A stretch of DNA of 64,000 nt from an uncultured Actinomycetes bacterium (GTDB taxonomy: Bacteria; Actinomycetota; Actinomycetes; Streptosporangiales; Streptosporangiaceae), in the NCBI GenBank assembly GCA_963769715.1, contig CAVYNE010000015.1:89960-153959 (forward strand). The letters are read 5' to 3'. The notes under the pieces were generated by a model. That model saw only the letters and a program-made list of their open reading frames with translations. It was not told the origin of the DNA and did not search any database. A program made the translations under genes and the position numbers. This document shows positions 48,161 through 58,343 of this stretch, in pieces (position 1 is the stretch's first letter; every line of letters begins with the position of its first letter).

Positions 48161-49018
48161 TCAAGCGCGAGCGCTAACGCCGGTGGCGCTTGCTTGGCCG
48201 TTCGGCAAACGGCTCGGCCGAGGCCGGGGTAAGGACTGGCGGTCACGCGCACCGCGTTCGCGCTGGAGGTAGCCGGCCGTCATCCCGCCGTCGATCAGCA
48301 GCGTGGTCCCGGTGATGAACTCGGCCTCGCTGCTGGCGTAGAACACCGCCGCGGCGGCCACGTCGCTGGCCTGGCCGACCCGGCCGATCGGCGGCACCGG
48401 CCACTGGTCGCCGCTTTCATCCCGGTCCTGCTCGCCGGGCGGGGCCATGTGCCGCATGCCGGGCCAGATGTCGCCCGGGCACAGCACGTTGGAGCGCACG
48501 CCGTCCGGGCCGCCGTCCAGCGCGAGCATCTTTCCCAGCATGACCACGGCGGCCTTGGTCACCGAGTACAGGCCGGTGGCCTGCTCGCCCCAGATCCCCG
48601 CGTCAGAGGCGACGTGGATCATGCAGCCGCGGCGCCGGGCCAGGTGCGGGTAGGCCTGCTGCGCGTACAGCAGATAGCCCCGCACGTTGACATTCATCAC
48701 CCGGTCATAATCGGCTAGCGGCGTGTCGATCAGCCGGGCGGTCACCCCTGCGCCCGCGTTGTTCACCAGCACGTCCAGCCCGCCCAGATGATCCGCGGCG
48801 GCCCGCACCGACGACGCGACGGCGGCCGGGTCGGCGGCGTCCGCGGCCACGAACCGGACGCCCGGCCCGAGCGCCTGCTCAGCGCGTCCGCCCAGATCAT
48901 GATCCCGGCCGGTGATCACCACCCGTGCGCCCTCATGCCGGAACCGCCCGGCGATGGCCAGGCCCAGGCCGGTGGTACCCCCCGTGATCAGCGCACACTT
49001 CCCCTCTAGCAACCCCAT
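48161..49018 (-). CDS. Short-chain dehydrogenase/reductase (SDR) with unusual ~35-aa C-terminal extension
   Basis: ITGGTTGLGLAIA, NNAG, YSVTKAA, and IDGGMTAGY. ATG 49018 is preceded by GGTGGAGGA. The 535-aa ORF-track version is an upstream run-on. Confidence 0.85.
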   Translation of the reverse strand: MGLLEGKCALITGGTTGLGLAIAGRFRHEGARVVITGRDHDLGGRAEQALGPGVRFVAADAADPAAVASSVRAAADHLGGLDVLVNNAGAGVTARLIDTPLADYDRVMNVNVRGYLLYAQQAYPHLARRRGCMIHVASDAGIWGEQATGLYSVTKAAVVMLGKMLALDGGPDGVRSNVLCPGDIWPGMRHMAPPGEQDRDESGDQWPVPPIGRVGQASDVAAAAVFYASSEAEFITGTTLLIDGGMTAGYLQRERGARDRQSLPRPRPSRLPNGQASATGVSARA

Positions 49019-49459
49019 GGTGTCCTCCACCGAGCTCATGGCCGTCCAGTCTAAGAGCCGGCCGTGAGGTATCACGACCCGGAGATGCCGAGGCTGGGCA
49101 CCGCACCGGATGCGGAATGAGCGGAGGCGGGAAACAGTGGCTTTGCGGAACATCGGCAAGATCGTGCTCACGCCCTGAGGCGCCTCCGGCACATCAGGCA
49201 GCGAAAGACACTGTCCAGCGATCACATATTCGTGTGCATCGCTCTGGCAAGAGCCCGCCCGCTGTGGCTCTGGCCCGTGGCAGCAACCGCGCAACTGCTT
49301 CGTCAAGTTTGCCGGGCGGGGATCTGTGCCAGCGCAGCCTGGTCCGCTCGCATACCGGGTGAACCGGATATCCGCGGCTACGATCATGGCACCGGATGTA
49401 CTCAGGCGTGTGTCCGGCCCCGGGCTGACGGGCCGCCCGGGCGGCGAGGTGGAGGAACC

Positions 49460-51331
49460 GTGAGCAGCGAGATAGTCCGGCAGCGGGCTGAGATCGAGGG
49501 TGTGATAGCGGGCCGCACCCTGTGTGATGAGTTGCGCCACGTCGCCGAGACCTCGGGTGATGCCTGGGCGTACTCCGGGGAGGCCGTGACTGGTGCCGAT
49601 GCCGGGGCCGGTGACGGCTGGCAGTCCCTGACCTGGTCGCAGGTGAGGCAGCGGGTGCTGGAAGTGGCAGCCGGGTTCGCCGCCCTGGGGCTGGCGCCCG
49701 GCGAGCGAGTCGCTTTGATGCTGCCGAACCGCAGCGAGCATGTCCTGGCCGACCTCGGGGCGGTACATGCGGGCGGGCTGGGGGTGACGTTGTACGCCAC
49801 GCTGGCGCCTGAGCAGATCGGGTACGTGGCCGCCGACTGTGATGCCCGGATCGCGGTGCTGGACGGGGCGGGCGAACTTGCCCGCTGGCGGCCAATCCTG
49901 GAGCAGCTACCGGGGGTAACGAAGGTCATTGTCCGTGATCCGGCCGCCTGCCCAGCCGGTGACCGGTATATGACGTGGGACGGCTTCGCGGCGCTAGGCC
50001 GGGAACGGTTCGCCGCCGAGCCTGGGCAGATCATGGCCCGGGTGGCGGCGATCAAGCCCGATGACCCGCTGGCTTTGCTGTACACCTCTGGCACCACAGG
50101 AAACCCGAAGGGCGTCCTGCTCACTCACCGCAACATCCTCTACCAGATGGCCGCAGCCGACACGATGGGTCTCATCATTCCGCGTGTCCGCTGGGTCTCC
50201 TATCTGCCGCTGGCGCACATCGCTGAGCGCATGTTCAGCATTTACCTGGCTATTCAGGCCGTCAGCCACGTCCATTTCTGTCCTGACGCCGCACAGCTCG
50301 TGCGGGTGATCGGGAAAGTGCGCCCTACCGCGTTCTTCGGCGTGCCCCGGGTGTGGGAGAAAGTCAGGGCAGGTATCCAGGCGCTGCTCACGGCTGAGCA
50401 GGACGAGGGTCAGCGGGCGGCCGTGCAGCAGGCCATGGAAACCGGCCGCCGTTACGTGCAGAGCTGCCAGTACGGGCATACGACATCACCGGAACTGGCG
50501 GCCCGGTTCCGGGCGGCGGACGAGCAGGTGCTCGGGCCGATCCGCAGCCTGCTCGGCCTCGGTGAGGCCAGCACGGTCTTCAGCGCCGCAGCCCCGCTGC
50601 CCCCGGACGTGGCCGCCTTCTTCGCCGGGCTGGGCATGAAGATCCTCGACGTGTACGGCATGACGGAAACCACGGGGGCCTTCACCGCCAACACGCCCGC
50701 CGAATTCAAGCTCGGGACGGTTGGCCGGCCAGCCGCCGGCATCGAGGTCACGATCGCTGAAGACGGCGAGATCCTGGCCCGCGGGCCGCTCATCACCCCC
50801 GGCTACCTCAGCCGGCCCGACCTGACCGACGCCCTCATCGATGCCGGCAGGTGGCTGCGGACCGGGGACATCGGCACCATCGACACCGACGGGTTCGTGT
50901 CGGTGACGGACCGGAAAAAGGAACTGATCATTACCGCGGGCGGCGAGAACATCGCGCCCGCAGCGGTTGAGAACCTGCTGGTCGCCCATCCGCTGATCGG
51001 CCAGGCACTGGCCTACGGTGACCGCCGGCCGTACGTGGTCGCCCTGCTCACGCTGGACGGCGACGTCGCCCCCGCCTGGGCCCGGGCCCGCGGTATCACC
51101 GCCGGCTCACTGGCGGCGCTGGCCTCGGACCCGCAGGTGCTGGCCGAAGTGGCTGCCGGGGTAGCCGCCGCCAACGAACGGATGGCCCGGGTGCAGCAGG
51201 TGAAGCGGTGGCGCTTGCTGCCCGTGGAGTGGACCGCGGAGACCGAGGAACTGACCCCCACGCTCAAGCTCAAGCGCCGCGTCGTGCACGCCAAGTACGC
51301 CGACGTCATCGACTCCCTCTATGCCGGGTGA
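49460..51331 (+). CDS. AMP-dependent long-chain fatty acid-CoA ligase (FadD-like)
   Basis: AMP-binding motif YTSGTTGNPKGV, YGMTE, TGDIG, and the KLKRR tail. GTG 49460 comes after GGAGGA. Confidence 0.9.
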   Translation: MSSEIVRQRAEIEGVIAGRTLCDELRHVAETSGDAWAYSGEAVTGADAGAGDGWQSLTWSQVRQRVLEVAAGFAALGLAPGERVALMLPNRSEHVLADLGAVHAGGLGVTLYATLAPEQIGYVAADCDARIAVLDGAGELARWRPILEQLPGVTKVIVRDPAACPAGDRYMTWDGFAALGRERFAAEPGQIMARVAAIKPDDPLALLYTSGTTGNPKGVLLTHRNILYQMAAADTMGLIIPRVRWVSYLPLAHIAERMFSIYLAIQAVSHVHFCPDAAQLVRVIGKVRPTAFFGVPRVWEKVRAGIQALLTAEQDEGQRAAVQQAMETGRRYVQSCQYGHTTSPELAARFRAADEQVLGPIRSLLGLGEASTVFSAAAPLPPDVAAFFAGLGMKILDVYGMTETTGAFTANTPAEFKLGTVGRPAAGIEVTIAEDGEILARGPLITPGYLSRPDLTDALIDAGRWLRTGDIGTIDTDGFVSVTDRKKELIITAGGENIAPAAVENLLVAHPLIGQALAYGDRRPYVVALLTLDGDVAPAWARARGITAGSLAALASDPQVLAEVAAGVAAANERMARVQQVKRWRLLPVEWTAETEELTPTLKLKRRVVHAKYADVIDSLYAG

Positions 51332-51486
51332 TAGCGGCTTCGCGGTGATCACCGGACGAGGCGTACAAAACCGGCTGATCTGGCAGCTGCAAGGCGGGCC
51401 GGCCGCCTGCATGTGCCGCCCCGGCACCCGCCCGGATGGTGCTCACCTCCCACCGGGACCGCTGGCCCGGAGGCGCGCCGCGTTAT

Positions 51487-51726
51487 TCATGCGGGGCTGC
51501 CTGGCGGGGTTGCCAGGCCGGGGCGGTCTTGGAGGTCGGCCAGAACCAGGACCAGCCGCGTCCAGGTCCCCTCGGCCTCGGGTTCGGCGAACCCGGCGGC
51601 GATCTGGGCGAGGTGGCCGCGCAGTTCGGCCAGCGCCTCGTCGGTCAGCCGTAGCGCGCCCCGGGTCACGTCGACCTCCCGACGGCGGCCTGCCTGCTTG
51701 GCCTGGTATGCCGCCGTGATGTCCAT
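51487..51726 (-). CDS. Hypothetical 79-aa protein divergent from the conjugation module
   Basis: MDITAAYQAKQAGRRREVDVTRGALRLTDEALAELRGHLAQIAAGF... ATG 51726 is preceded by GGAGG 8 nt upstream. Confidence 0.5.
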   Translation of the reverse strand: MDITAAYQAKQAGRRREVDVTRGALRLTDEALAELRGHLAQIAAGFAEPEAEGTWTRLVLVLADLQDRPGLATPPGSPA

Positions 51727-52076
51727 CGCGGGGCCTCCAGCACGAAAGGGGGGGATCCTGGACATGAACCACGCAAGGCGGCAGGGACACCGGGTCCGAC
51801 GCCGCCCGCTACGACCGGATAACCGGCCCCCGGGAACAGGGCGTGCCCGGAACACGACGATCCGCGCTGCTCGCCCTCAGCAACCTCACCACCATCTTCC
51901 GCAACGCCACCCCGCTCGCGCTTACATGACAGAACGTAATCATGACGATGCGCTTACAGATGCCTCGGGCGTCCGCCACTCGCCCGCCCCCACGGAACAA
52001 TCATCACATCCCGTGCGCTTCTGAACACACGGGGCATTCGGGACTGGTGTTACTGCGGTAAAAACCTGGGGACATC

Positions 52077-52847
52077 ATGGCGGCACAGGCACAGGCACAC
52101 GACATCGTTACCGCGGCGAAGGCGCGGCCACCGCGGCGCGGGGACCCCGGGGCACGGCGCGGGGACCCTGGGACGGTCCAGCTCAGCCAGCGCGACATCG
52201 ACGGGCTCCTGCTCTGCGGCGAGCACTACGGAGTCCCGTACGATCTGCTCGCCGGCGCGCTGCGCGTCCACTCCAAGCGGCTGGAAAAGATCACGGCCCG
52301 GTGGCGCCGCGCCGGGTACGTGGCCACCGGGCGGCTCGGCCCGGGCCCGTCGTGGTGCTGGCTGACCCGGGACGGGATGACCGCCACCGGGCTCGGCTTC
52401 CCCGCGGGCCGCCCGGCCCTGGCCCGCCTGGCGCACATCCGCGCGGTCCTGGCCGTCCGGCTGTGGCTGGCCGCCGGGCCCGCCTGGACGGACGGCCGGG
52501 CGTGGTGGCACTCCGAACGGCGGCTGCGCGCCGCCCAGCCGGCGGCCGGCCGCCACGAGCACATCCCGGACGCCGAGATCCACTGGCCCAGCATCGAGGG
52601 CAGCCCGTATGCGGGGCAGGTCTGGGCGATCGAGGTCGAGCTGACGCCCAAGCCGATCGCCCGGACCGCCGGGATCATGACCGGGCTGCTGACCCCGATG
52701 CAGTACGCCACGGTCGTGTACCTGACCGCACCGGCCGCCCGCCCGGTGGTCCTGCGGGCCGCGGCCTCGCTGCCGCCCGGGGAGCAGGTCAGGGTCGCGG
52801 TCCGGGACCTGCCGGCCGCCGCGTTCACCCCGGAGCCGTCGCGATGA
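52077..52847 (+). CDS. Replication-relaxation (Replic_Relax)-family protein
   Basis: LSQRDIDGLLLCGEHYGVPYDLLA (wHTH-like), LAHIRAVLAVRLWL, and a PD-(D/E)xK-like HIPDAEIHW...VWAIEVELTPK. The stop overlaps the next start (ATGA). Confidence 0.6.
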   Translation: MAAQAQAHDIVTAAKARPPRRGDPGARRGDPGTVQLSQRDIDGLLLCGEHYGVPYDLLAGALRVHSKRLEKITARWRRAGYVATGRLGPGPSWCWLTRDGMTATGLGFPAGRPALARLAHIRAVLAVRLWLAAGPAWTDGRAWWHSERRLRAAQPAAGRHEHIPDAEIHWPSIEGSPYAGQVWAIEVELTPKPIARTAGIMTGLLTPMQYATVVYLTAPAARPVVLRAAASLPPGEQVRVAVRDLPAAAFTPEPSR

Positions 52848-54728
52848 GCGTCTGGTCATGGCTCAAGCTGAGCGTGTGCCTGTGGCTGCTGCGCAAGATG
52901 ATCAAGGGGACAGGGTGGCTGCTGCTGGCCGGCCTGGCGGTCGCCGTCTGGCCGGTCACCGCCGTGGCGGTCACCGGGTACGTCGCGGCGTGGCTGCGCG
53001 GCTGGCCGCCGGTCCGTTTGGGCCGCGTCGCCGCCGCCGCCCTGCCGCTGACCGTCATCTGGCTCGGCGCCGAAGGAGCCCGGCATACCGCCTGGCAGGC
53101 CATCGCGCTGGCTCCCGTCCGGGACTGGGCGCACGGGTGGCACCACCTCACGCTCACCGGCGTGACCCGGACGTTCCTGCTGGTGGCCCCGGTCGCGATC
53201 CCGGTCGGGCTCGGGCTGGCCGCGCTGGCGTGGGGGTGGCGGATCTACGCGCTGACTACCGGGATCGGCGGCTGGCTCGCCTCGGCGCCGATCACGTTCG
53301 ACGCCCGGCAGTGGAAACATCAGGTCCGGACGGCCAGGGGCCGGACCGCCGCCCCGGGCAGCGTCCCGTTGCTGGCCCGGGGCGCGCGGATCGGTGTCGG
53401 CGGCACCATCCGTGCCATCGGGCACCGCTGGCACCCAGTCTTCACCGTCCCGCACGCGGCGTGCGCCCGGCACATGGTGATCGTCGGCGCGACCGGCAGC
53501 GGGAAGACGAACCTGATGATGCGGCTGTGGGCCGGCTGGTTCACCGCCGCCCTGGCCGCGGCCCGGCCCCAGAATGCGGGGCGGGGCCACCGGCCGCTGC
53601 TGGTCGTGCTGGACTGCAAGGGCGGACCGGACGCCCGGACCAAGGCGAACCGCACCCGCCGCCTGCTGTACGGCGCGGGCGCCCGCCGCGTCGCGATCTG
53701 GCCCGACGAGGCGCGGCTGTCCCTATGGAATCTTCCGCCGAACGATCTGGCCGTCTTGCTCTACCAGATGATCGACAGTGGCACCGGGGCGGCCGCCTAC
53801 TACGCCGACATCCTGCAGGCCGTCCTCACTCTCGCCATCATGGCGCCCGGCGGCCCGCCACTGAACGCGGCCGCGTTCACTGATCGCCTGGACGTTAGGT
53901 GGCTACAGCGCGCCTGGGGGGACGGCCGGCACGCGGAGGAGCTGGCCCGGGTGCGCGGCGCGGCCCGGCACCTGCCCGACATCCAGCTCCGGTTCGCCAC
54001 CCTGCTCGGGCGGCTCGGCCCGGCGCTGGACGGCCCGGGGACCCTGGCCGACGCCGACGCGTGGTACTTCATCCTGGAAGGCACCCGCGAGCCGTCGGTC
54101 GCCGAGGCCCAGGCCATGGCCATCACCGAACTGGCCGCGCACGCGGCCACGGACCTGGCGAGCGAGCCGCGGGCGATGCTGCTGGCCGCCGATGACTACA
54201 GCGCCGTGTCCCGCCGGGTGCCCCTGTCCAACCTGTACGAACGCGGCCGGTCCCTGGGGATAGGAGTGCAGGTTTCCGCCCAGACCTGGCAGGGCCTGGG
54301 CCGGGACGAGGACGAGCGGTACCGGATCGCGGCCACCGCCGACGGCGGCATCTTCCTCATGCACACGCCCCACCCGGAGCCGCTGGCCGCGCTGGCCGGG
54401 CAGCGCCGGGTGCTGCAGACCGCGCACGAGTTCGTCGGCGCCACCTGGGGCGACCGGGGCACCACCCGGGAGGGGCGGGCCTGGAACGCCGACCCCGACC
54501 TGATCCGCCGCCTGCAGGTCGGCCAGGCCTGCTACATCCACCGGGGCGCGGCCACCTTCGTCCAGGTCGCCCGGCCCGTGGCCTCCCCGCTCGGCCTGCT
54601 CCCCGCGCGGGTCCCGGTCGACCTGCCCGCCCCCCGCCGGGAAGCCGCTGTCCGCGGTATCCGGGTCCGAGCCGATCCCGGCCAACCTCAACGATGTCCT
54701 CGGACCTGGAGGCTCCCGATGGCCGTGA
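52844..54728 (+). CDS. Type IV coupling protein (VirD4/TraD/TraG-like), apparent frameshift near a C6 run (54630-54635)
   Basis: N-terminal TM helices, Walker A VGATGSGKTN, LLVVLDCKGG, MLLAADDYS, and RGRSLGIGVQVSAQTWQGL. After ~54640 the G/C third-position bias moves to the +1 frame, which ends at TGA 54726-54728 (...PIPANLNDVLGPGGSRWP*). Confidence 0.65.
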
Positions 54729-55235
54729 ACCCGTTCGACGCGCTCGGCCTGCCGGCCCGTCCCGACCTGACCGATGAGCAGGTCCGCGCCGCCTGGCGCG
54801 CCATCGCCGCCGCCACCCACCCGGACCGGCCCGGCGGCGGGGACGTCGCCCGCTACACTGCAGCCACCGCCGCCTACGCCGTGCTGCGCACGCCCTGGGG
54901 CCGCAGCGAGGCCTTCGCCGACTTGGGCGCTGACGATCGACGACACCACTCCGCTACCCGCCGTCGATGCCGCCGGCCCGGGGCCCGCCGCCCGGCCGTC
55001 CCGGCCATCCTGGTCCGCCCGGCCGGGGGATCTGATCGCGGCCATGGGGCAGCTGCCCGCCCGGATCCGTCACGGCCGCCCGCTGCGCCTGGTCATCCGG
55101 GCCCTGGCCGCCGCGCTGCTGTGCCTGGCCGTGCTGGCCTTGATCCCCGGCCAGCCCGCCGCGCCGGCGCTAGTGACCGGCCTGATTACCTGGTTCCTGC
55201 TTACCGGCCGCTCGGACCTGGCACCCCCGCCGTAG
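54719..55235 (+). CDS. J-domain (DnaJ-like, HPD motif) protein with hydrophobic C-terminal part; needs a frame change near 54900-54930
   Basis: ATG 54719 comes after GGAGG. MAVNPFDALGLPARPDLTDEQVRAAWRAIAAATHPDRPGGGD...AAYAVLRTPWGR. The downstream codon bias and TM-like LRLVIRALAAALLCLAVLALIPG...LITWFLL lie in the +1 frame, which ends at 55235. Confidence 0.5.
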
Positions 55236-55288
55236 TCCGGGTGCGCACCAAGGCTAATACCGATACTGCCTTATGGTCCTGATGATGA

Positions 55289-55864
55289 TTACGCGGAGAC
55301 GGTCACTTGGGCCAGCGACAGCACGAGCTGGCGGACGAATGCGGCCGGGTCGGGCCACGGGAAGCGTGGTAGCGCCGCGCGCAGGCTGACGGTCCCGTGC
55401 AGGGCGACCCACACGGCGGTGGCATCGGCGACGACGTCGGTGCTCGCGGAGACCCCTGCGGCGGCGCAGTCCTCGATGGCCTGGACGAGGAGCGCGAATG
55501 ACTGGGCCCCGAATTCGAGCACCGGTCGGCCGTCAGGCCCGATCGGGACCGGCTTGCAGTAGTCCGGCGCGGTCGGCCGCTGCGTGGAGAACAGCACGCC
55601 GTAACGGGCGGGGTGCTCGAGCCCGAAGGCCACATACGCCTCGCAGCCTGCGACCAGGCGGCCGGCCGGATCCTGGCCGGCCGACTTCTGGCCTTGCTCG
55701 ATCGCCTGGGTCAGCTCGTCGAAGATCCGGACGACGACAGCCATGAGGACGGCGTCCCGGTCCGGGAAGTGGGCGTAGATCGACGGGGCGGCGATACCGG
55801 CCTCCCGGGCGACCGCGCGCAGCGTGACCGCCTCCGCCGAGCCGGTCCGGCGACCTGCGCGCAC
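55289..55864 (-). CDS. TetR/AcrR-family transcriptional regulator
   Basis: HTH VTLRAVAREAGIAAPSIYAHFPDRDAVL. Confidence 0.85.
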   Translation of the reverse strand: MRAGRRTGSAEAVTLRAVAREAGIAAPSIYAHFPDRDAVLMAVVVRIFDELTQAIEQGQKSAGQDPAGRLVAGCEAYVAFGLEHPARYGVLFSTQRPTAPDYCKPVPIGPDGRPVLEFGAQSFALLVQAIEDCAAAGVSASTDVVADATAVWVALHGTVSLRAALPRFPWPDPAAFVRQLVLSLAQVTVSA

Positions 55865-55956
55865 TTGCGGAAGCAGCCGAGATTCACGTAGAGCTCGTCC
55901 CGGTTTAACCTGCCGCTCGTCTGCCTTAGGGCTTGTTCCGGCTCGGCTGACGCCGA

Positions 55957-56757
55957 TTAGAGTGACCGCTGCCTGAGCCAGTCCAGCGCTGCCTGCGCGA
56001 CCTCGCGCCAGCCGTGGTCGATCGTCAGCGAGTGGCCGCGATCCGGGAACTCGAGGAAGTCGGTGATGGCCGGTGACTTGTGGTAGAGCTTGCGGGTCGA
56101 CGTCGTGATGGCCGCCGGTACGGTGTGATCGTTGCCCCCGGCCGTGAGCAGCAGCGGCCCGCGGGTCTTGTTTGCGGTATTCACCTTCGCGGGCGACCGC
56201 GCGGTGAAGTTCGCCAGGGCGGCTTCGAACAGCGGCTTGCCTGGCGAGGGCACGGTCCAGCGGTCATACAGCTCAGCTGACTCCTGCTCGGGAAGCGCGT
56301 TCCCGAAGCCGTACCGGAACTGTTCCGCGGTGAGGGATATCGCCAGGTTACGGTTGGCTGGCTTGCGCAGCGCGATCGAGGCGACTTTGAGCGCGGAAAC
56401 GGGCAGTTTGAGCACGCCCTTGATGGGCGCAGCGTCGATCGCCACTGCGGCAGCGGCCAGGTCCTGGCCGAGCAGCCGCTGCGCGATGAGACCCCCGAAG
56501 GAGTGGCCGATGACGACCGGAGGGGCCTCAAGCCCGCGGATGATCCGGGCGTAGTGGCCGACCACATCGTCGATGCCCTTGCCCGCCACCTGGCCGGGGT
56601 CCCGGCGGCTGTCCTCCACCGTGTCCGAGTCACCTGGCCAGCCCGGTGCTGTCGGTGCGTAGCCCGCCTCCTGGAACAGTTCTAGCCACGGGTCCCACGA
56701 GCTGGCATGCAGCCATAGGCCATGAACAAACACTGCGGGCCTGCCTGGTTGTGTCAT
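55957..56757 (-). CDS. Alpha/beta hydrolase
   Basis: VFVHGLW, nucleophile elbow GHSFGG, and C-terminal DRGHSL. Confidence 0.85.
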   Translation of the reverse strand: MTQPGRPAVFVHGLWLHASSWDPWLELFQEAGYAPTAPGWPGDSDTVEDSRRDPGQVAGKGIDDVVGHYARIIRGLEAPPVVIGHSFGGLIAQRLLGQDLAAAAVAIDAAPIKGVLKLPVSALKVASIALRKPANRNLAISLTAEQFRYGFGNALPEQESAELYDRWTVPSPGKPLFEAALANFTARSPAKVNTANKTRGPLLLTAGGNDHTVPAAITTSTRKLYHKSPAITDFLEFPDRGHSLTIDHGWREVAQAALDWLRQRSL

Positions 56758-56925
56758 TTCGCGCTCTCTTCCTCAGCGTGGCCGCGATGCCCGCAGAGCC
56801 GGCACCTAACAAGCAGTTCTACTCCATCCGCCCCGACCGTAACGAGCCCCTGCGCACGGCATGCCGACCACCGAGGCCGAGACGATCAACGCCGACCTGC
56901 TTACGCCGACGCTCTCTCCCTGGCG

Positions 56926-57345
56926 TCATACTGCGCATGTGGGGGTGCGGGCTAACGACTCGGCGTCGTGGAAGTCACGCGTGTAGTCCGACCGGGGAGC
57001 CGGAAGCACGACCTCCAGACGCGAGCCCGACTCGGCCAGCAATTCGCGCGCCACCAGTCGGTCGGCCCCCTCGGCCAGGGAAGACACCGCCACCAGGACA
57101 ACATCCGAGCCTGCGCCCTCCGGGAGCATGTCCCTGAGCAGTCGCACCGCCTCCCGGATAGCCGGGACGAGCGCCTCCGGATCACCCAGGCATCGATGCC
57201 CCGTTATCCCGATCCGGAGAACAAACGGGATCCTCCCCTGGCCGTCCGGGCGGAGCCCGGCAGCCTGGTCATCGCCGCCAGGCATAGGACGGGCAAGGGA
57301 ACCCGTGTGATTACGGCTGGCGCTGTTCAATCGTCGGCCCCTCAA
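56926..57345 (-). pseudogene. Truncated SLOG/DprA-LOG-like Rossmannoid domain gene (motif-level assignment)
   Basis: RIGITGHRCLGDPEALVPAIREAVRLL...VVLVAVSSLAEGADRLVARELLAESGSRLEVVLP...DYTRDF, then a premature stop. No continuation in other frames. Confidence 0.4.
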
Positions 57346-57398
57346 GATGCAGGCATTCCGGATTAGGAATTCGCTAATGCCATTCGTCTAAGTCCATA

Positions 57399-57740
57399 TC
57401 ACTGCCTGCACAGTCGCTGGTACGGTAGTTGAGGATATAAGTTTGTCACTGCTGGGCCGCGAGTTCCGGCTGTGGTACAGATCCGTTTAGTAGCGTAATC
57501 GACGTTCAGGTTCCGTAGCCGGATCGCCCCGTCAATGATGCCGCTGGCCAGCGCGTGGCCATCTGGGCTGAACGCGACCGATACGGCAGCGCCAATGCCG
57601 TCGGTCAGGAGCGGCCCGAGCAGGTGGGGGGCGCCGGATCGGCGGCATCGGTCAGCCAGACATTGCCGTCCAGGTCAGCACTCGCCAGCGTACGGCCATC
57701 GGGGCTGAACGCCACAGCCAGGACAGACTGGCATCGCACT
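57399..57740 (-). pseudogene. C-terminal remnant of a WD40-repeat protein gene, frameshifted at a G6/C6 run (57626-57631)
   Basis: SVLAVAFSPDGRTLASADLDGNVWLTDAADPA, then a shift, then LLGPLLTDGIGAAVSVAFSPDGHALASGIIDGAIRLRNLNVDYATKRICTTAG...LPYQRLC* (stop at 57399-57401). This is the typical C-terminal ending of actinomycete STAND-WD40 proteins. Confidence 0.7.
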
Positions 57741-58343
57741 GTGCTGCAGCAGATCCATATCATCGATGCTGTCCGATCGCTCTTGCGATGTGTTTCTCCG
57801 CTCAGCACGTGGAAGCTTCAGCAACTCCCATCGGCCCAGTCCAGAGGGCACCTTTCGCGTCGACGCGCCCGACCGCAACCCTATTTACGCGGTGGATTAA
57901 CGCTTAGTGCCACGGACAACCTGCCCGCCGGAAAGTCGATGCTGGTCCTGGGCGAATCGGAGCGGCTCGCAGGTGGATCTAGAAGGCGCTCGAACGGCCA
58001 GACGTCGACGGAGAGGCTACATGTTGGCTCGCTCGGCGTTATCATCCAGTGTCGGCAGGTGTCCAGATCACAATGCCTGGTTCTGGGCATGCCCAGTAAG
58101 TGACGGAGTTCCTGCACCGGCCCAGCGGCGCTCTCGGTTTGTGGCGTAGGAGGAACAGCAACTGGCCCGGTGTGGTGCGATTCCATGAAATGGAGTTGAT
58201 CATGTTGACGCTCACGCCGGGCCTAATGCCGTTCACGCCAACTCTACGCGAAACAGTAACACTCTGACCTTCTCGGCGTATACTGGCTAAGAGGAGTGCA
58301 AGGGGGAATCTTGGGCTACCCGGTCGGTCAAGCGTCGTGCCTC

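Larger units (their letters stand above)
51343..55282. mobile_element. Plasmid/ICE-derived conjugation-replication module remnant (no integrase seen)
   Basis: Replic_Relax-like gene, VirD4/TraD-like coupling protein and J-domain gene in one operon. Apparent frameshifts. A 12-bp palindrome at 51343-51354 right after the fadD-like stop. The boundaries are tentative. Confidence 0.5.

Noticed and set aside
48161-49768. 535-aa ORF
   Set aside because: Only the C-terminal ~285 aa is an SDR, with a good internal RBS-ATG at 49018. The upstream 250 aa has no coding character.
52301-55282. 993-aa ORF as a single gene
   Set aside because: It is a composite of four parts. The 5' part is out of frame over the Replic_Relax gene. 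The T4CP starts at ATG 52844. Codon bias leaves this frame near 54640. A separate RBS-ATG starts the J-domain at 54719. The last ~350 nt are Arg/Pro-rich out-of-frame sequence.
57741-58290. Further WD40 blades upstream of the recognisable remnant
   Set aside because: Only weak, gappy resemblances (for example INSISWNRTTPGQLL and GIVIWTPADTG) scattered over several frames. They are too degenerate to call.
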